In this document: one piece after another, positions 1 through 9,208 of the stretch
How positions within the stretch are numbered: position 1 is the first letter of the stretch
How the letters are laid out: the number at the start of each line of letters is the position of its first letter
Virus record (IMG/VR): IMGVR_UViG_3300042691_023467
Source: an uncultured virus (IMG/VR IMGVR_UViG_3300042691_023467)
Lineage: Duplodnaviria > Heunggongvirae > Uroviricota > Caudoviricetes
Strand: one strand, 5' to 3'
DNA: 20,000 bases
Notes under the pieces: model-generated
What the model saw: the letters and a program-made list of their open reading frames with translations, nothing else
The model's database searches: none
What the model was told of the DNA's origin: nothing
Translations under genes and position numbers: made by a program

Positions 1-1771
1 CGAGCAACCAACTTTTAAGTTCACTTTCATCATCAATCGTTGCAACTTTTTCAATATCAATTGGTCCCACGTGAGAAAACGAAGCATTAACCTGAGTTGC
101 TGTTTTTTTAAAGTGCGACATTCTACCTTCAAACAACGGACTTTTTTTAATTAAATCGGAATTGTCATTTAACGGTGTTATTCGAAGTGGACGACCTTGA
201 TCATCCACATCTGCTATAATGTAATACTTTTCAGCGACCGAAGGATCTAATATAAATAAAGCCCATATCATAGACATAACTCTATCATCTCTATCCGTAT
301 CTTTTCTTTTGCTGAATGTAAAGTTTGGAAGTTTAACAAAAGTTTCTAATTCCAATAATGTGTCTAAGTCATTATACTTAACAGCATTTAAACTGTTAGA
401 CCAATATCTAAAATTTACAACACCTTTATATTTTGTATTTGTATGATTATAAATACCAAGTCTATTTTCTTTATTATAAAATTTACTTCCTTGTATATCA
501 TACGAAACTATAGATTCATAGTTATGTGTATGATGTAAAACGTCCAATACTTGCTGTCCGTTATTATTATTTTCTACTAATACTGGAGGTCTTCCCCAAT
601 CTTCTAATATACCCATTAATCTTGTTCCAAAATGATAAGGACTTATTGTATTGGACGCAAACACTGCAACTTGTTCTATTTTAGTTAAATCTTGTATATT
701 TAATATTTGTGCTACGGTATTACTTCTACCTATTCCTTCTCCAACGTCTACACCAACAACATATATACCATCTGGAGACGGAGTGCTATATATTCTATAT
801 GCTCCATCATCCATTACGTATATAGGCTCTCTACATTGAGATTGTAATTGTTTTAATAAGTCTGGATCTATAGCGGTTTTACCCGGCTCATGAAATTTAT
901 TGCAATATTCTTGCTCAAAATCATCCATGTTATTATTCAATAAACTTAACGTTTCTCTTTTCCAATCTTCATCTCTACCCGGAACGTCATACCAGTTAAC
1001 AGTTTCTAGATGCCAAGAACTTTTTTCTTTTTGCGATTCTTTATAAAGTTCGTAAAATTTATTATCAGTTCCATTTGGCGTTGATATAACAACGATTTGA
1101 GATTTTTTTGATGATGAAATAATAGGAATAGCACTCTTCCAAAGTTCTTGCATAACCTCATTTGGACAGTGAGCCATCTCATCAATGATCAATAGATTTG
1201 ATGTGCTACCTCTAGGACCAGATGATGAGGATGTACTAACTTTTATTTCAGAATCATTACCAAGTTGAAATCCATCTTTTCTCCAAGACTTAACACTCGG
1301 TTTCATCCAAACTGGAAGTTCTTCAAATGACATTTTAATTCTAGAAAATATTTCTTTTGCCGTTGATTCTTTATTAGCTACAATTGTTATTCTTTTATCA
1401 GCTTGAAAACAAACTATCCATAAAGCATAAATTGTTATAGTTGTAGTTTTTCCAGATTGTCTACTGGATAAAATAATATTAAATCTATTATCTCTAAATG
1501 CTCTTAAAAGTTTTTTTTGGTATTTATATAATTCTATTTTTTTCTTACCATCATCTATAGTATTTATGAAAAAGTAGTTTTCCGCAAAATGCAAAATATT
1601 TTTTGCGCATTTTTCGAACTCTTCTATCATCTCTGGGTTCCATTTTATTTGTGCATCTCCGCGCAATAAATTTTCGTTACCTTTATAAAATGATGCATCA
1701 ACTAAAATATCTTTTTTATCTAAATTAGATAGATCTACTTTTTCAGTTATTTCTTTTTTTCTTCGACCCAT
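1..1771 (-). CDS. terL: Terminase large subunit (T4 gp17-like), 3' end beyond window edge
   Basis: Manual translation of segments from ATG at 1771 (MGRRKKEITEK...): FYKGNENL, LYKYQ (adenine-binding), Walker A SSRQSGKTT, Walker B LLIIDEMAH, coupling motif VVISTPNG, nuclease-domain YVVGVDVGEG and DRDDRV. Same frame is still open at positions 2-4, which explains its absence from the ORF track. Confidence 0.96.
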   Translation of the reverse strand, partial: MGRRKKEITEKVDLSNLDKKDILVDASFYKGNENLLRGDAQIKWNPEMIEEFEKCAKNILHFAENYFFINTIDDGKKKIELYKYQKKLLRAFRDNRFNIILSSRQSGKTTTITIYALWIVCFQADKRITIVANKESTAKEIFSRIKMSFEELPVWMKPSVKSWRKDGFQLGNDSEIKVSTSSSSGPRGSTSNLLIIDEMAHCPNEVMQELWKSAIPIISSSKKSQIVVISTPNGTDNKFYELYKESQKEKSSWHLETVNWYDVPGRDEDWKRETLSLLNNNMDDFEQEYCNKFHEPGKTAIDPDLLKQLQSQCREPIYVMDDGAYRIYSTPSPDGIYVVGVDVGEGIGRSNTVAQILNIQDLTKIEQVAVFASNTISPYHFGTRLMGILEDWGRPPVLVENNNNGQQVLDVLHHTHNYESIVSYDIQGSKFYNKENRLGIYNHTNTKYKGVVNFRYWSNSLNAVKYNDLDTLLELETFVKLPNFTFSKRKDTDRDDRVMSMIWALFILDPSVAEKYYIIADVDDQGRPLRITPLNDNSDLIKKSPLFEGRMSHFKKTATQVNASFSHVGPIDIEKVATIDDESELKSWLL

Positions 1772-1778
1772 AAGTTCA

Positions 1779-1791
1779 ATAAATATTTATA
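1779..1791. promoter_or_regulatory. T4-type late promoter box, palindromic and possibly bidirectional
   Basis: TATAAATA on the minus strand (1784-1791), 12 nt before the terL ATG. ATAAATATTTAT (1779-1790) is a perfect palindrome, giving AATAAATA on the plus strand facing ORF 1807. Confidence 0.7.
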
Positions 1792-1806
1792 CAACATACT
1801 TAAAAA

Positions 1807-2193
1807 ATGAATACTAATGATGAATTTATAAATTTAGGAAGACAAGATAAGGCATATACTTACATAAGTAAATGGAAACTCCTTAAGCTTGATGTTGTAG
1901 ACCCAAATGGTATTTGGAGTAAAATACAAAAAAAATTAAAAGATCTTAAAGATGATGATAAATTAGAAGTATTCACACAAGATCAAATAAGAAAATTTTT
2001 CTTAACACGTCCAGAGATAGATATGGAAATAAATTTCTTTTCGGATTTGATGCCAAGTTGTTTAGTTTTTAAATATAAAAGAAGAATCTATTGTTATACA
2101 TACGGCAAAGTAAAAAGAAAAAACGGTAGAAAAATAACCGCTAGATTTTATTTTGATTTAAATAAAGTTTTATCTCTTAACTTGCCTATTTAA
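1807..2193 (+). CDS. Hypothetical basic protein (128 aa)
   Basis: Fills the gap between terL and the gp53-like gene, has an ATG start and a Lys/Arg-rich C-terminus; no family recognised. Confidence 0.7.
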   Translation: MNTNDEFINLGRQDKAYTYISKWKLLKLDVVDPNGIWSKIQKKLKDLKDDDKLEVFTQDQIRKFFLTRPEIDMEINFFSDLMPSCLVFKYKRRIYCYTYGKVKRKNGRKITARFYFDLNKVLSLNLPI

Positions 2194-2523
2194 TTCATCT
2201 AGTATTATACTAAGATATTCGTTTTTAAGTAGTTTTAATTTAGTACCCGGTTCTGGCATTTTAGTTGGGTCTTTTATTTGATTATATTCACATACAAGCC
2301 ACCATAAATTCATATTATTGTAATATTTATATGATATAAAAATCCAAGTGTCTTTTGGTTTTACTACATATTCTTCTTCTACAGAAGTTTCATTTGCTGG
2401 TATTATGTTTATGTTTTTTAATAAATTATAAAATAAAAATCCATCATCATCTTGATATAAATTGAAAAAATTTTCATATCTAGTATATGCTAATTTGTTT
2501 GGGTTTTTTATTGGACCGTTCAT
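2170..2523 (-). CDS. Baseplate wedge protein, gp53/LysM-like
   Basis: YVVKPKDTWIFISYKYYNNMNLWWLVCEYNQIKDP...PGTKLK matches the LysM-like gp53 pattern (Y-x-V...D...IS...YY....LWW.I...N.I.DP); sits in the baseplate cluster. Confidence 0.8.
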   Translation of the reverse strand: MNGPIKNPNKLAYTRYENFFNLYQDDDGFLFYNLLKNINIIPANETSVEEEYVVKPKDTWIFISYKYYNNMNLWWLVCEYNQIKDPTKMPEPGTKLKLLKNEYLSIILDELNRQVKR

Positions 2524-2526
2524 ATA

Positions 2527-3801
2527 TTATAATTTTAATTGAGCTTTAGCCATATTTATTTTTTGAGTAGCTTCAGCATAAGCCCTCCCATTTGGATCAA
2601 GAGAAGGAAGTATAGCAGTATATTGATCTACAGTATTTTGTAAATTAGCTCTATTATTATCATAAGTTCTTGTGTCTACTTCTTTAGCAAATTCTACTGC
2701 ATTAATTTCTGCTTTTGTTTTTGGTGTTGCGTTTGGAAATTGTTCTGTTAGCTGTTGTGTATTTTGAGCTTCCGATGTTTTTTGAGCTTCCGGTGTTTTT
2801 TTTATCTCGTTTTCTCTTTTTCTGTTAAAGTCTTCAAATTCACGAATTAAACTTCCGGCATCAGAAACTTCAATTCTATCTCCTCCTATACTTCCAGCAA
2901 ATATATTTGAACTGTTTTGAACAAGTTCCATGAAAGTAATATTAACTTTATATGCTTCTGGCATTAATATTTCTGGAACACCAAACTCTCTAAATTCTAT
3001 CATTCTTCTAGTTGTTCCTATACAATCAACTTGTAAATTTTGAACTATAGAAACTGGAGAATATATTCCACCTTGAGTTTCTCCATAATCTAAACGATAT
3101 ATTTTAGGAGGAATGTAAGTTGCTAAAGACGTTCTGGTTTTTAAATTTTGAAATATAAAAAGATTTATAAAACAATAGTTGTTATATGCAGATTCTATTG
3201 AAAATGTGTTATATAAAGGAAATGAAATATTAAATGTTCTAGGTGCGGTTCCAGAGTAGTTATATACATCATCAAACCCAAATCCCGGAGTTGCCATTCC
3301 TACAGCAAAACTAACTCCAGCCTCCAACATAGCTTCTCCTGTTCCTCCGGATGATTTTCCATCAGCTAACTTATTAATCATGTTTTGAGGGCCAGACGTA
3401 ATAGTTTGCCAGTTGTTATTAACCGAATATAAATTATTATTACTTAAAAGATGAGGAAATACATATTTAAATCCTGTAGGTTCTGAAGCATATAGTTGTG
3501 GATATATATCACCGCCTCCTTTTGGATCTCCTGCAATTCCGTTTAATGTACCTCCTATTGATTGAACTAATGATAATAAACTTGTAGTGTATGTACCATA
3601 GGTTAATTCTCTTTCATAAGCATATATTCTTGGTACTTCTTGTGTAGATCCTTTATTCTTCCAATCAAAATTATCACATATGTTTATTACAGAAGAACCA
3701 CCCTTTGGAATAGCTTTTAAATATGGTTGAGCTATTTTTTTATTAAAAACGCTAAAGCTTATTTCTTTAACATCAAAAAATTTATTGTTGGGTTTACTCA
3801 T
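2527..3801 (-). CDS. Baseplate tail-tube cap/initiator, gp48-like, with C-terminal extension
   Basis: PRTFNISFPLYNT...PPKIYRL...PEAYKVNITFMELV resembles the gp48/tube-fold pattern; lies between the tape-measure-like gene and the LysM gene as in contractile-tail operons. Confidence 0.6.
   Translation of the reverse strand: MSKPNNKFFDVKEISFSVFNKKIAQPYLKAIPKGGSSVINICDNFDWKNKGSTQEVPRIYAYERELTYGTYTTSLLSLVQSIGGTLNGIAGDPKGGGDIYPQLYASEPTGFKYVFPHLLSNNNLYSVNNNWQTITSGPQNMINKLADGKSSGGTGEAMLEAGVSFAVGMATPGFGFDDVYNYSGTAPRTFNISFPLYNTFSIESAYNNYCFINLFIFQNLKTRTSLATYIPPKIYRLDYGETQGGIYSPVSIVQNLQVDCIGTTRRMIEFREFGVPEILMPEAYKVNITFMELVQNSSNIFAGSIGGDRIEVSDAGSLIREFEDFNRKRENEIKKTPEAQKTSEAQNTQQLTEQFPNATPKTKAEINAVEFAKEVDTRTYDNNRANLQNTVDQYTAILPSLDPNGRAYAEATQKINMAKAQLKL
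2762..2797. repeat. Coding tandem repeat, 2 x 18 bp (KTPEAQ-KTSEAQ)
   Basis: ttttgagcttccgatgtt followed by ttttgagcttccggtgtt, one mismatch. Confidence 0.85.
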
Positions 3802-3802
3802 A

Positions 3803-6064
3803 TTATATTATTCTTAATGGAGACTGAATATAAGATGTTCTACTTCTAAGTATAGGATCTGATACATTCATTGTAAATTTATTTTGATTTGCTCCTGCAT
3901 TACTAATATTTACGACAGAATTATTACTTGTTTTTTGTTGTGATAATAATGTTTTGGATAGTTCTCCAAATTGTTTAGCCATAATTTCAAAATTAGATAT
4001 TAAATTTTTATTCATCTGCTCAAAAACACCATCTGGTTTAGCCGCCATTATTTTAAATTGATCGTCAGGAGCAAATTTAGCTATTGTATTATTTCCTACT
4101 TTTAATTTTGGAGTATAATCAATTTCTCCATCTTGAACTTCAGTAATAACGCGATTAGATTGTAATGCATTAGGCCATGCGCTTCTATCATCACTTTCTG
4201 GTCCTCTAATTCTAGCACCAGATTCTTCCAATAATTTTAATTTTTCTTTAAGATCATTTAGTTGTTTTTCTTTTTCTAAAGATACTTCTTTAGAAGAAGT
4301 AAAATCAATGATTTCTTTTCTAGTTTTTGCTGCTTCTTCATTTAATTTTGTTATAGCAGAATATCTTTCAGTTTTTGGTTTAGATGTATCAAAAAATTGA
4401 CTTTCATTTTTTTGAATATCAAATTCCGACTTTTGAACATCAAATTCCGACTTTTGAACATCAAATTCCGACTCTGGTTTAGAATCCCATCCCATTGTTT
4501 TAGCTACTAAATTATATAACCAATTTGGAAGATATTTTTTCATAAACGTTTTTGTACTTTCTTGCCAAAATTTACCCATGTCTAATTTAGACTGTCCAGT
4601 TTTTGTTTCTACTTTTACGTTTTCTTCAAATAAAGGAAGAAGAAAAGATGACATGAATGACAATGGACTATCATTTAATGTTTTAAGACCTTTAACGGCT
4701 TTTCCTGTATCTCCAGACATTAATCCCGTAACATAATCCCAAAGACCACTTCCCATATTTGAAATGCTTTTAATTATTGGATTATTTAATAATGCTTTTC
4801 CTATAGTTTTTGGTAAGTTTTTTAACCAATCTGCATTTTGTTTTTCTTTTTTTGTGTCTTCGTCTGTTTTCGTTATGTCCAAGTATGCGTTTAATGCTAA
4901 TGCACCCCAACTTAAAGCTGCTCCGAGAGGACCAGAAACGGGAGTTATAAAGCTTCCGAATGCACCGAGTACGTCTATCAAAGCACCTCTAAAATCTCCA
5001 TTTTTAAATCTATCCCAAGCAAACCCTAAACTTATGATACCACCTATCAGCGGTATAAATCTAACCATTTGTAGAAGTTTACCGCCAACCTTTGCTAACA
5101 ATCCGGGCATAAATTTCTTACCAGCAGCTTCTCCTCCCTCTGCCAGTGTGGTTGATGCGGCTTTTCCCCCACCTCCCGTTATGAAATTGAATACTCCCTT
5201 TATCATTCCTTGAGCAAAGTCTTCTATAGTTTTAAATACAACACCACCTATATTCAACCCTTTTGCCGCAAAAGTATATATAGTTTTTTCGAGAGCATTA
5301 AACGTACCCTTTAATCTATCCATGAAATCAAACTTTTCTTCTAAAAACGGTCTTATATAATCACCCCAAAATGCAGCTAAAACCCCTCCGGTTACTATAT
5401 AACCCAATAAATCTAAAAGAGAATTTGAACCTTCCTTTTCTTTATCTTCTGGTTGTTTTTCCGATTGTTTTTGTTTTTCTGTTTTTTCTTTTAATTCAAA
5501 ATATTTTCCAAAAAGATCACTCAAAAATTTATTTGTATTTTCACTAAATTCTATAATAGAAGTTTCTTTACCCAAACCTCTTTGTTCTTGTATGTTGTTT
5601 TGATTTTTGTTTTTTTCACCAGTCTGTTGTTTATCATTTTTTATTTCTGGAGAAACTTCTGTATTGTTTTCGTTTAATGTTGGAGGAGCTTGTTTAGGTT
5701 GTTCGGGCGTTGATGTTGTTGATTTAGTATTAACGTCATCATCGTCTTTTTTATTTAAACTTTCAGTAGCTTTTCTTAGTTGTTTTCTTAACTTGTTTTT
5801 ATATTCCTTATATTCATCTCTTAAAGAATCGGGATCTCTTAACAAGCCAGATAAACCTAGAGGATCAAATATTCTTTTTATGTCCTGAGTTTTTATATTA
5901 TCTAATTGATTTTTAAACTTATCCAAGAAATTTTTCTTAAACGATCTTCTTAAATCATCAATATCGTTTTGAGTATCAAATAACAACATTTCCGCAAATT
6001 CTTTTGCAGTTAAAGAACCCTCAATGTTGAGTTTATTTAATAATTCTTCAGACAATTCAGCCAT
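3803..6064 (-). CDS. Tape-measure/baseplate hub protein, gp29-like (753 aa)
   Basis: Long helical, charged protein with Gly-rich hydrophobic segments (RFIPLIGGIISLGFAWDRFKNGD...), located downstream of the tube and gp26-like genes and upstream of the gp48/LysM-like genes. Confidence 0.6.
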   Translation of the reverse strand: MAELSEELLNKLNIEGSLTAKEFAEMLLFDTQNDIDDLRRSFKKNFLDKFKNQLDNIKTQDIKRIFDPLGLSGLLRDPDSLRDEYKEYKNKLRKQLRKATESLNKKDDDDVNTKSTTSTPEQPKQAPPTLNENNTEVSPEIKNDKQQTGEKNKNQNNIQEQRGLGKETSIIEFSENTNKFLSDLFGKYFELKEKTEKQKQSEKQPEDKEKEGSNSLLDLLGYIVTGGVLAAFWGDYIRPFLEEKFDFMDRLKGTFNALEKTIYTFAAKGLNIGGVVFKTIEDFAQGMIKGVFNFITGGGGKAASTTLAEGGEAAGKKFMPGLLAKVGGKLLQMVRFIPLIGGIISLGFAWDRFKNGDFRGALIDVLGAFGSFITPVSGPLGAALSWGALALNAYLDITKTDEDTKKEKQNADWLKNLPKTIGKALLNNPIIKSISNMGSGLWDYVTGLMSGDTGKAVKGLKTLNDSPLSFMSSFLLPLFEENVKVETKTGQSKLDMGKFWQESTKTFMKKYLPNWLYNLVAKTMGWDSKPESEFDVQKSEFDVQKSEFDIQKNESQFFDTSKPKTERYSAITKLNEEAAKTRKEIIDFTSSKEVSLEKEKQLNDLKEKLKLLEESGARIRGPESDDRSAWPNALQSNRVITEVQDGEIDYTPKLKVGNNTIAKFAPDDQFKIMAAKPDGVFEQMNKNLISNFEIMAKQFGELSKTLLSQQKTSNNSVVNISNAGANQNKFTMNVSDPILRSRTSYIQSPLRII
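4410..4472. repeat. Coding tandem repeat, 3 x 21 bp (SEFDVQK, SEFDVQK, SEFDIQK)
   Basis: ttttgaa[t/c]atcaaattccgac three times; two copies identical, one with a single mismatch. Confidence 0.95.
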
Positions 6065-6070
6065 ATATAA

Positions 6071-6078
6071 TACTTATA
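6071..6078 (-). promoter_or_regulatory. Late promoter box variant TATAAGTA
   Basis: 6 nt upstream of the ATG at 6064, in a short intergenic gap. Confidence 0.6.
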
Positions 6079-6099
6079 CGGCTATAAAGATTTGATAAA

Positions 6100-6927
6100 T
6101 TAGTTTAAAAATAAAATACTATCTATTTTTATTACTCCGGTATACTCATCTTTCTTAACTGTTAAGATGTCATCCAATTTAAGTTTCCATTTTGAAATGG
6201 TTTCTATAATCTTTTGAAGTATTTTACTTGGTAATTTTTCAGTTATTTGTATTTTTTGTTTTAGCGTTAAACCGCAAAAATCTATTTCATTTGATGAAAC
6301 AAAAATTTTATTTATATATTTTGAAGATTCTGTTATAAACGCTTCAGTTACAATATTTTTAACATCTTCTTCTGTTTTTATATCAGAAGATTTTTTAAAG
6401 ATTTTAATTATATCATTATCATAATCAACTTCTTGTTTTATTGTTGGTAGTTTTATCAAAACATTTATAGATACGTTTTCGTTTGAAATTGAAATTTCAT
6501 CTGTATCACTTTCAAGTTCAAAAGTTTTAAACTTTTCAACCACATCATTTAAATCTATATCTTTTGTTATGTTATTGTTATTATCGAATAACATCTTATA
6601 AGAATTTGATATTCTGTTTCTTAAGTTTATTGCTATACAAGCTTTATCTATAATAGTTAAATTATCTAAATCTTCTTTTTTAAATTCTTCACTTTCAATA
6701 AGATTGTTTTTAATGATTTCATAAAAAGAATTAGAAAAAAATGTATTATAAATAGAATTTTCCATCGCAGCAGATAAAAGCATTTTTTGTTGTTTTCCTT
6801 CTATTTCTTTAAAATTTAGAAATGTTTTTAACGACGGAATCCAAATACTAACTTTAAATGTTTCAGTTGCAGAATTTAATAAATTTATCGCTGAATTAAA
6901 ATCAACTATTGTATTTTCTTCTATCAT
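6100..6927 (-). CDS. Baseplate hub assembly protein, gp26-like
   Basis: N-terminal VSIWIPSLKTFLNFKEIEGKQQKMLL, central LTIIDK..I.I.LR and IKLPTI motifs parallel the gp26 family; baseplate context. Confidence 0.6.
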   Translation of the reverse strand: MIEENTIVDFNSAINLLNSATETFKVSIWIPSLKTFLNFKEIEGKQQKMLLSAAMENSIYNTFFSNSFYEIIKNNLIESEEFKKEDLDNLTIIDKACIAINLRNRISNSYKMLFDNNNNITKDIDLNDVVEKFKTFELESDTDEISISNENVSINVLIKLPTIKQEVDYDNDIIKIFKKSSDIKTEEDVKNIVTEAFITESSKYINKIFVSSNEIDFCGLTLKQKIQITEKLPSKILQKIIETISKWKLKLDDILTVKKDEYTGVIKIDSILFLN

Positions 6928-6936
6928 AATAAAAAG

Positions 6937-6944
6937 TATTTATA
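6937..6944 (-). promoter_or_regulatory. T4-type late promoter box TATAAATA
   Basis: Perfect match 9 nt upstream of the ATG at 6927. Confidence 0.7.
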
Positions 6945-7895
6945 TTATTGTTGGTTGAATTCAACAGCTAAATCCTCTAATGTTTTAGAAGTTCCTATAG
7001 ATGATTCTCCGGAGCTTGATGATTGTTTTGCTTTATTATGTTCATTTACTATATTAATATAAATTTTTCTTTCTGATGGAGATATATTTAATATGTAATT
7101 TGAATCTAAACCGGAATCGGATAGATAATGTATTTCCTGAAAAAGATTTTTAATATCATAAGAAAAAAACATCCTTAAAAAAGAAATAAACCCAAACCCG
7201 TATATACTAAACTTTTGATTTTTAAAATAATCTATACCTAATAAATTTTTATCCATTAAAGATTCTAAATTTTGAAATATTTTATTTTCTATTTTTTGTT
7301 TTAAACTTATAGATAGTTTATCTAACAATTCTTGTTTTTGTTCATTATTAAATTTTTGAAAATTTATTGATGCGTTTTCTATTTTTATATCTTTTATAAA
7401 TTCCCCAAGAGTTTTGCTTATAGTGTCTATATCACTAGCCTTTAAAAAAATATCTATATCTTTTACTGACGGCCATTTAAAATTTATGTTTATATTTTTT
7501 TCTCTAATTTTTTCATCTAAAAATGATTTAGAATTATTATATAACTCTTTTATAAAGAAAGATAAATTAATTATTATTTTCTGTTTCTTTATGTTTTCTT
7601 GTTCTGTATTTTCTATTATAAATTCTATAGTATTTCCAATACTTAAAATTCTTAATTTTGTCACAAACATAACATATTCCATTATGTCCATTTGATCTAA
7701 CATATCTGGATTCTTTATACAATTTTTAAGTATATCATTTAAAACGCAAAAATATTCATAAAATCCATCGTTATTATAAGGAACCGTTAAATTTATTTTA
7801 GATAATAAAATTTGTTCTTGAGTTGTTAATTCCCTATATTTTATAACTGAATTTGAATATGGTAAATCCAAACTATGATTAAAATATTGATGCAT
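6945..7895 (-). CDS. Baseplate hub protein, gp26-like with gp51-like C-terminal domain
   Basis: N-terminal LDLPYSNSVIKYRELTTQEQILL and KLRILSIG are gp26-like; C-terminal FQEIHYL...YILNISPSERKIYINIV resembles the gp51 motif (IENMMPWERDIYV). Confidence 0.6.
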   Translation of the reverse strand: MHQYFNHSLDLPYSNSVIKYRELTTQEQILLSKINLTVPYNNDGFYEYFCVLNDILKNCIKNPDMLDQMDIMEYVMFVTKLRILSIGNTIEFIIENTEQENIKKQKIIINLSFFIKELYNNSKSFLDEKIREKNININFKWPSVKDIDIFLKASDIDTISKTLGEFIKDIKIENASINFQKFNNEQKQELLDKLSISLKQKIENKIFQNLESLMDKNLLGIDYFKNQKFSIYGFGFISFLRMFFSYDIKNLFQEIHYLSDSGLDSNYILNISPSERKIYINIVNEHNKAKQSSSSGESSIGTSKTLEDLAVEFNQQ

Positions 7896-7905
7896 CTATA
7901 TTTAA

Positions 7906-8631
7906 TTAATAGACGTCTATAAAATTTCCAGTATTTTTATCGGATACACAATACCTATCATATACGAAAGAAGCATTGCTAAATTTAAGACCATCTGGAG
8001 CATAAGAATATGATTCTCCGTCCATAGCTATTGGGGCTACATTATAAAATCTATGTATTTTTCTTATAACCATATTTGAATATGCTCCACCTTTTGCTAA
8101 CATAACAACATCAGCATAATCAGCTTTTACATATTTAAAAGATGTTTTTGGTCTTGCTACAAGACCATTATAACCAACTGTTATCAACCATGGTCTTATA
8201 ACTAAATCTAAAAACGACGCATTAGTTTCCAATAAAGTAAGAGAAAAAGAATCATGTTGTTTTCTAGTTGATGCGGTTGCTGGAGCCATATAACCTCCGT
8301 AAGATAATCCTTCGTGAGAAGCATTTACCGATTCTTGCGGAAGCTTAACTTCTTTTGCAAATACGCATCCTATTAAGTTTTCAAATGAATGTTGTAATCT
8401 ACCATCAACTAACATTCTTGTTACATCAGCATTTAATTGCCAATCATTCTCACCTTCAAAATCATTCAGCGAAACTTCAAAGCTATTAAATAGTCCGTTT
8501 CTTTTTAATGTATCGAAATTAAAATATACAAACCACTGACTAGCTAATGCTACGTTAGTAGACCAAGAACCTAAAAGGTCTAGGTAGTAAGAATAAGGAC
8601 TTCTTGATGTATCTGAAGGTCTGAATATCAC
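7906..8631 (-). CDS. Tail tube-fold protein (gp19/gp54-like paralogue), GTG start
   Basis: AKEVKLPQES...FSLTLLETN...PW...HRFYNVAPIAMDGESYSY...ASFVYDRY follows the tube-fold pattern; directly downstream of the main tube gene. Confidence 0.65.
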   Translation of the reverse strand: MIFRPSDTSRSPYSYYLDLLGSWSTNVALASQWFVYFNFDTLKRNGLFNSFEVSLNDFEGENDWQLNADVTRMLVDGRLQHSFENLIGCVFAKEVKLPQESVNASHEGLSYGGYMAPATASTRKQHDSFSLTLLETNASFLDLVIRPWLITVGYNGLVARPKTSFKYVKADYADVVMLAKGGAYSNMVIRKIHRFYNVAPIAMDGESYSYAPDGLKFSNASFVYDRYCVSDKNTGNFIDVY

Positions 8632-8636
8632 AATAA

Positions 8637-8644
8637 TACTTATT
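8637..8644 (-). promoter_or_regulatory. Late promoter box variant AATAAGTA
   Basis: 5 nt upstream of the GTG at 8631. Confidence 0.5.
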
Positions 8645-8652
8645 TAAAAGTA

Positions 8653-9192
8653 TTAGGTAAGTCTCCAATATTGATATGCTAAAGTAGCTTGTTGATTTAA
8701 AATATCACCAGCTGTTGTTACATCCAAAGTTAACTCACCTAAACTTACGCAGTAAGCTCCAAAAAATGTATATGTTCTTAATGGAGTACCGTCTTTATTT
8801 ATAAGTGTTAAAATAACTTGATTGGAAACATCTTTACTTGGGATGTTATAAGCACCAGTGCTAGTAGCATCATCAAATACTAATTTAGTCCAATCTTCAA
8901 ACTTTCTTCTAACAGAAAGACTTTGTGGAACTCTAAATGTTAGATTCCAAGCATTTGAATTTGGGTAATTAGCGGTTCCGGGGACATTAAATTGCAAGCC
9001 CATAAATGGTACTTGAATATTGTTAATAGCTCTGCCGGGAAGAGTTGTTGTAGTTACATACATCAACTCATTAACGGTAAAACGTGTTCCGCCTAATGCG
9101 ACAACTCTAAAAAGATTTTGTCTAGCAAAATCGTTTATTGATGCCGCGTTGTAGAAGTTTTCAATTCCAGTGGTGTCGAGTAATCCAGCCAT
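8653..9192 (-). CDS. gp19: Tail tube protein (gp19-like)
   Basis: ARQNLFRV, TTLPGRAI..IQVPFMG, W.LTF, VRRKFEDW, RTYTFFGAY and ATLAYQYW are gp19 hallmarks; immediately follows the sheath gene. Confidence 0.9.
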   Translation of the reverse strand: MAGLLDTTGIENFYNAASINDFARQNLFRVVALGGTRFTVNELMYVTTTTLPGRAINNIQVPFMGLQFNVPGTANYPNSNAWNLTFRVPQSLSVRRKFEDWTKLVFDDATSTGAYNIPSKDVSNQVILTLINKDGTPLRTYTFFGAYCVSLGELTLDVTTAGDILNQQATLAYQYWRLT

Positions 9193-9198
9193 ATATAT

Positions 9199-9206
9199 TA
9201 TTTATC
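9199..9206 (-). promoter_or_regulatory. Late promoter box variant GATAAATA
   Basis: 6 nt upstream of the tube ATG at 9192. Confidence 0.55.
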
Positions 9207-9208
9207 CT

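Noticed and set aside
4410..4472. CRISPR-like array
   Set aside because: Repeats are directly adjacent with no spacers and are in frame within a CDS.
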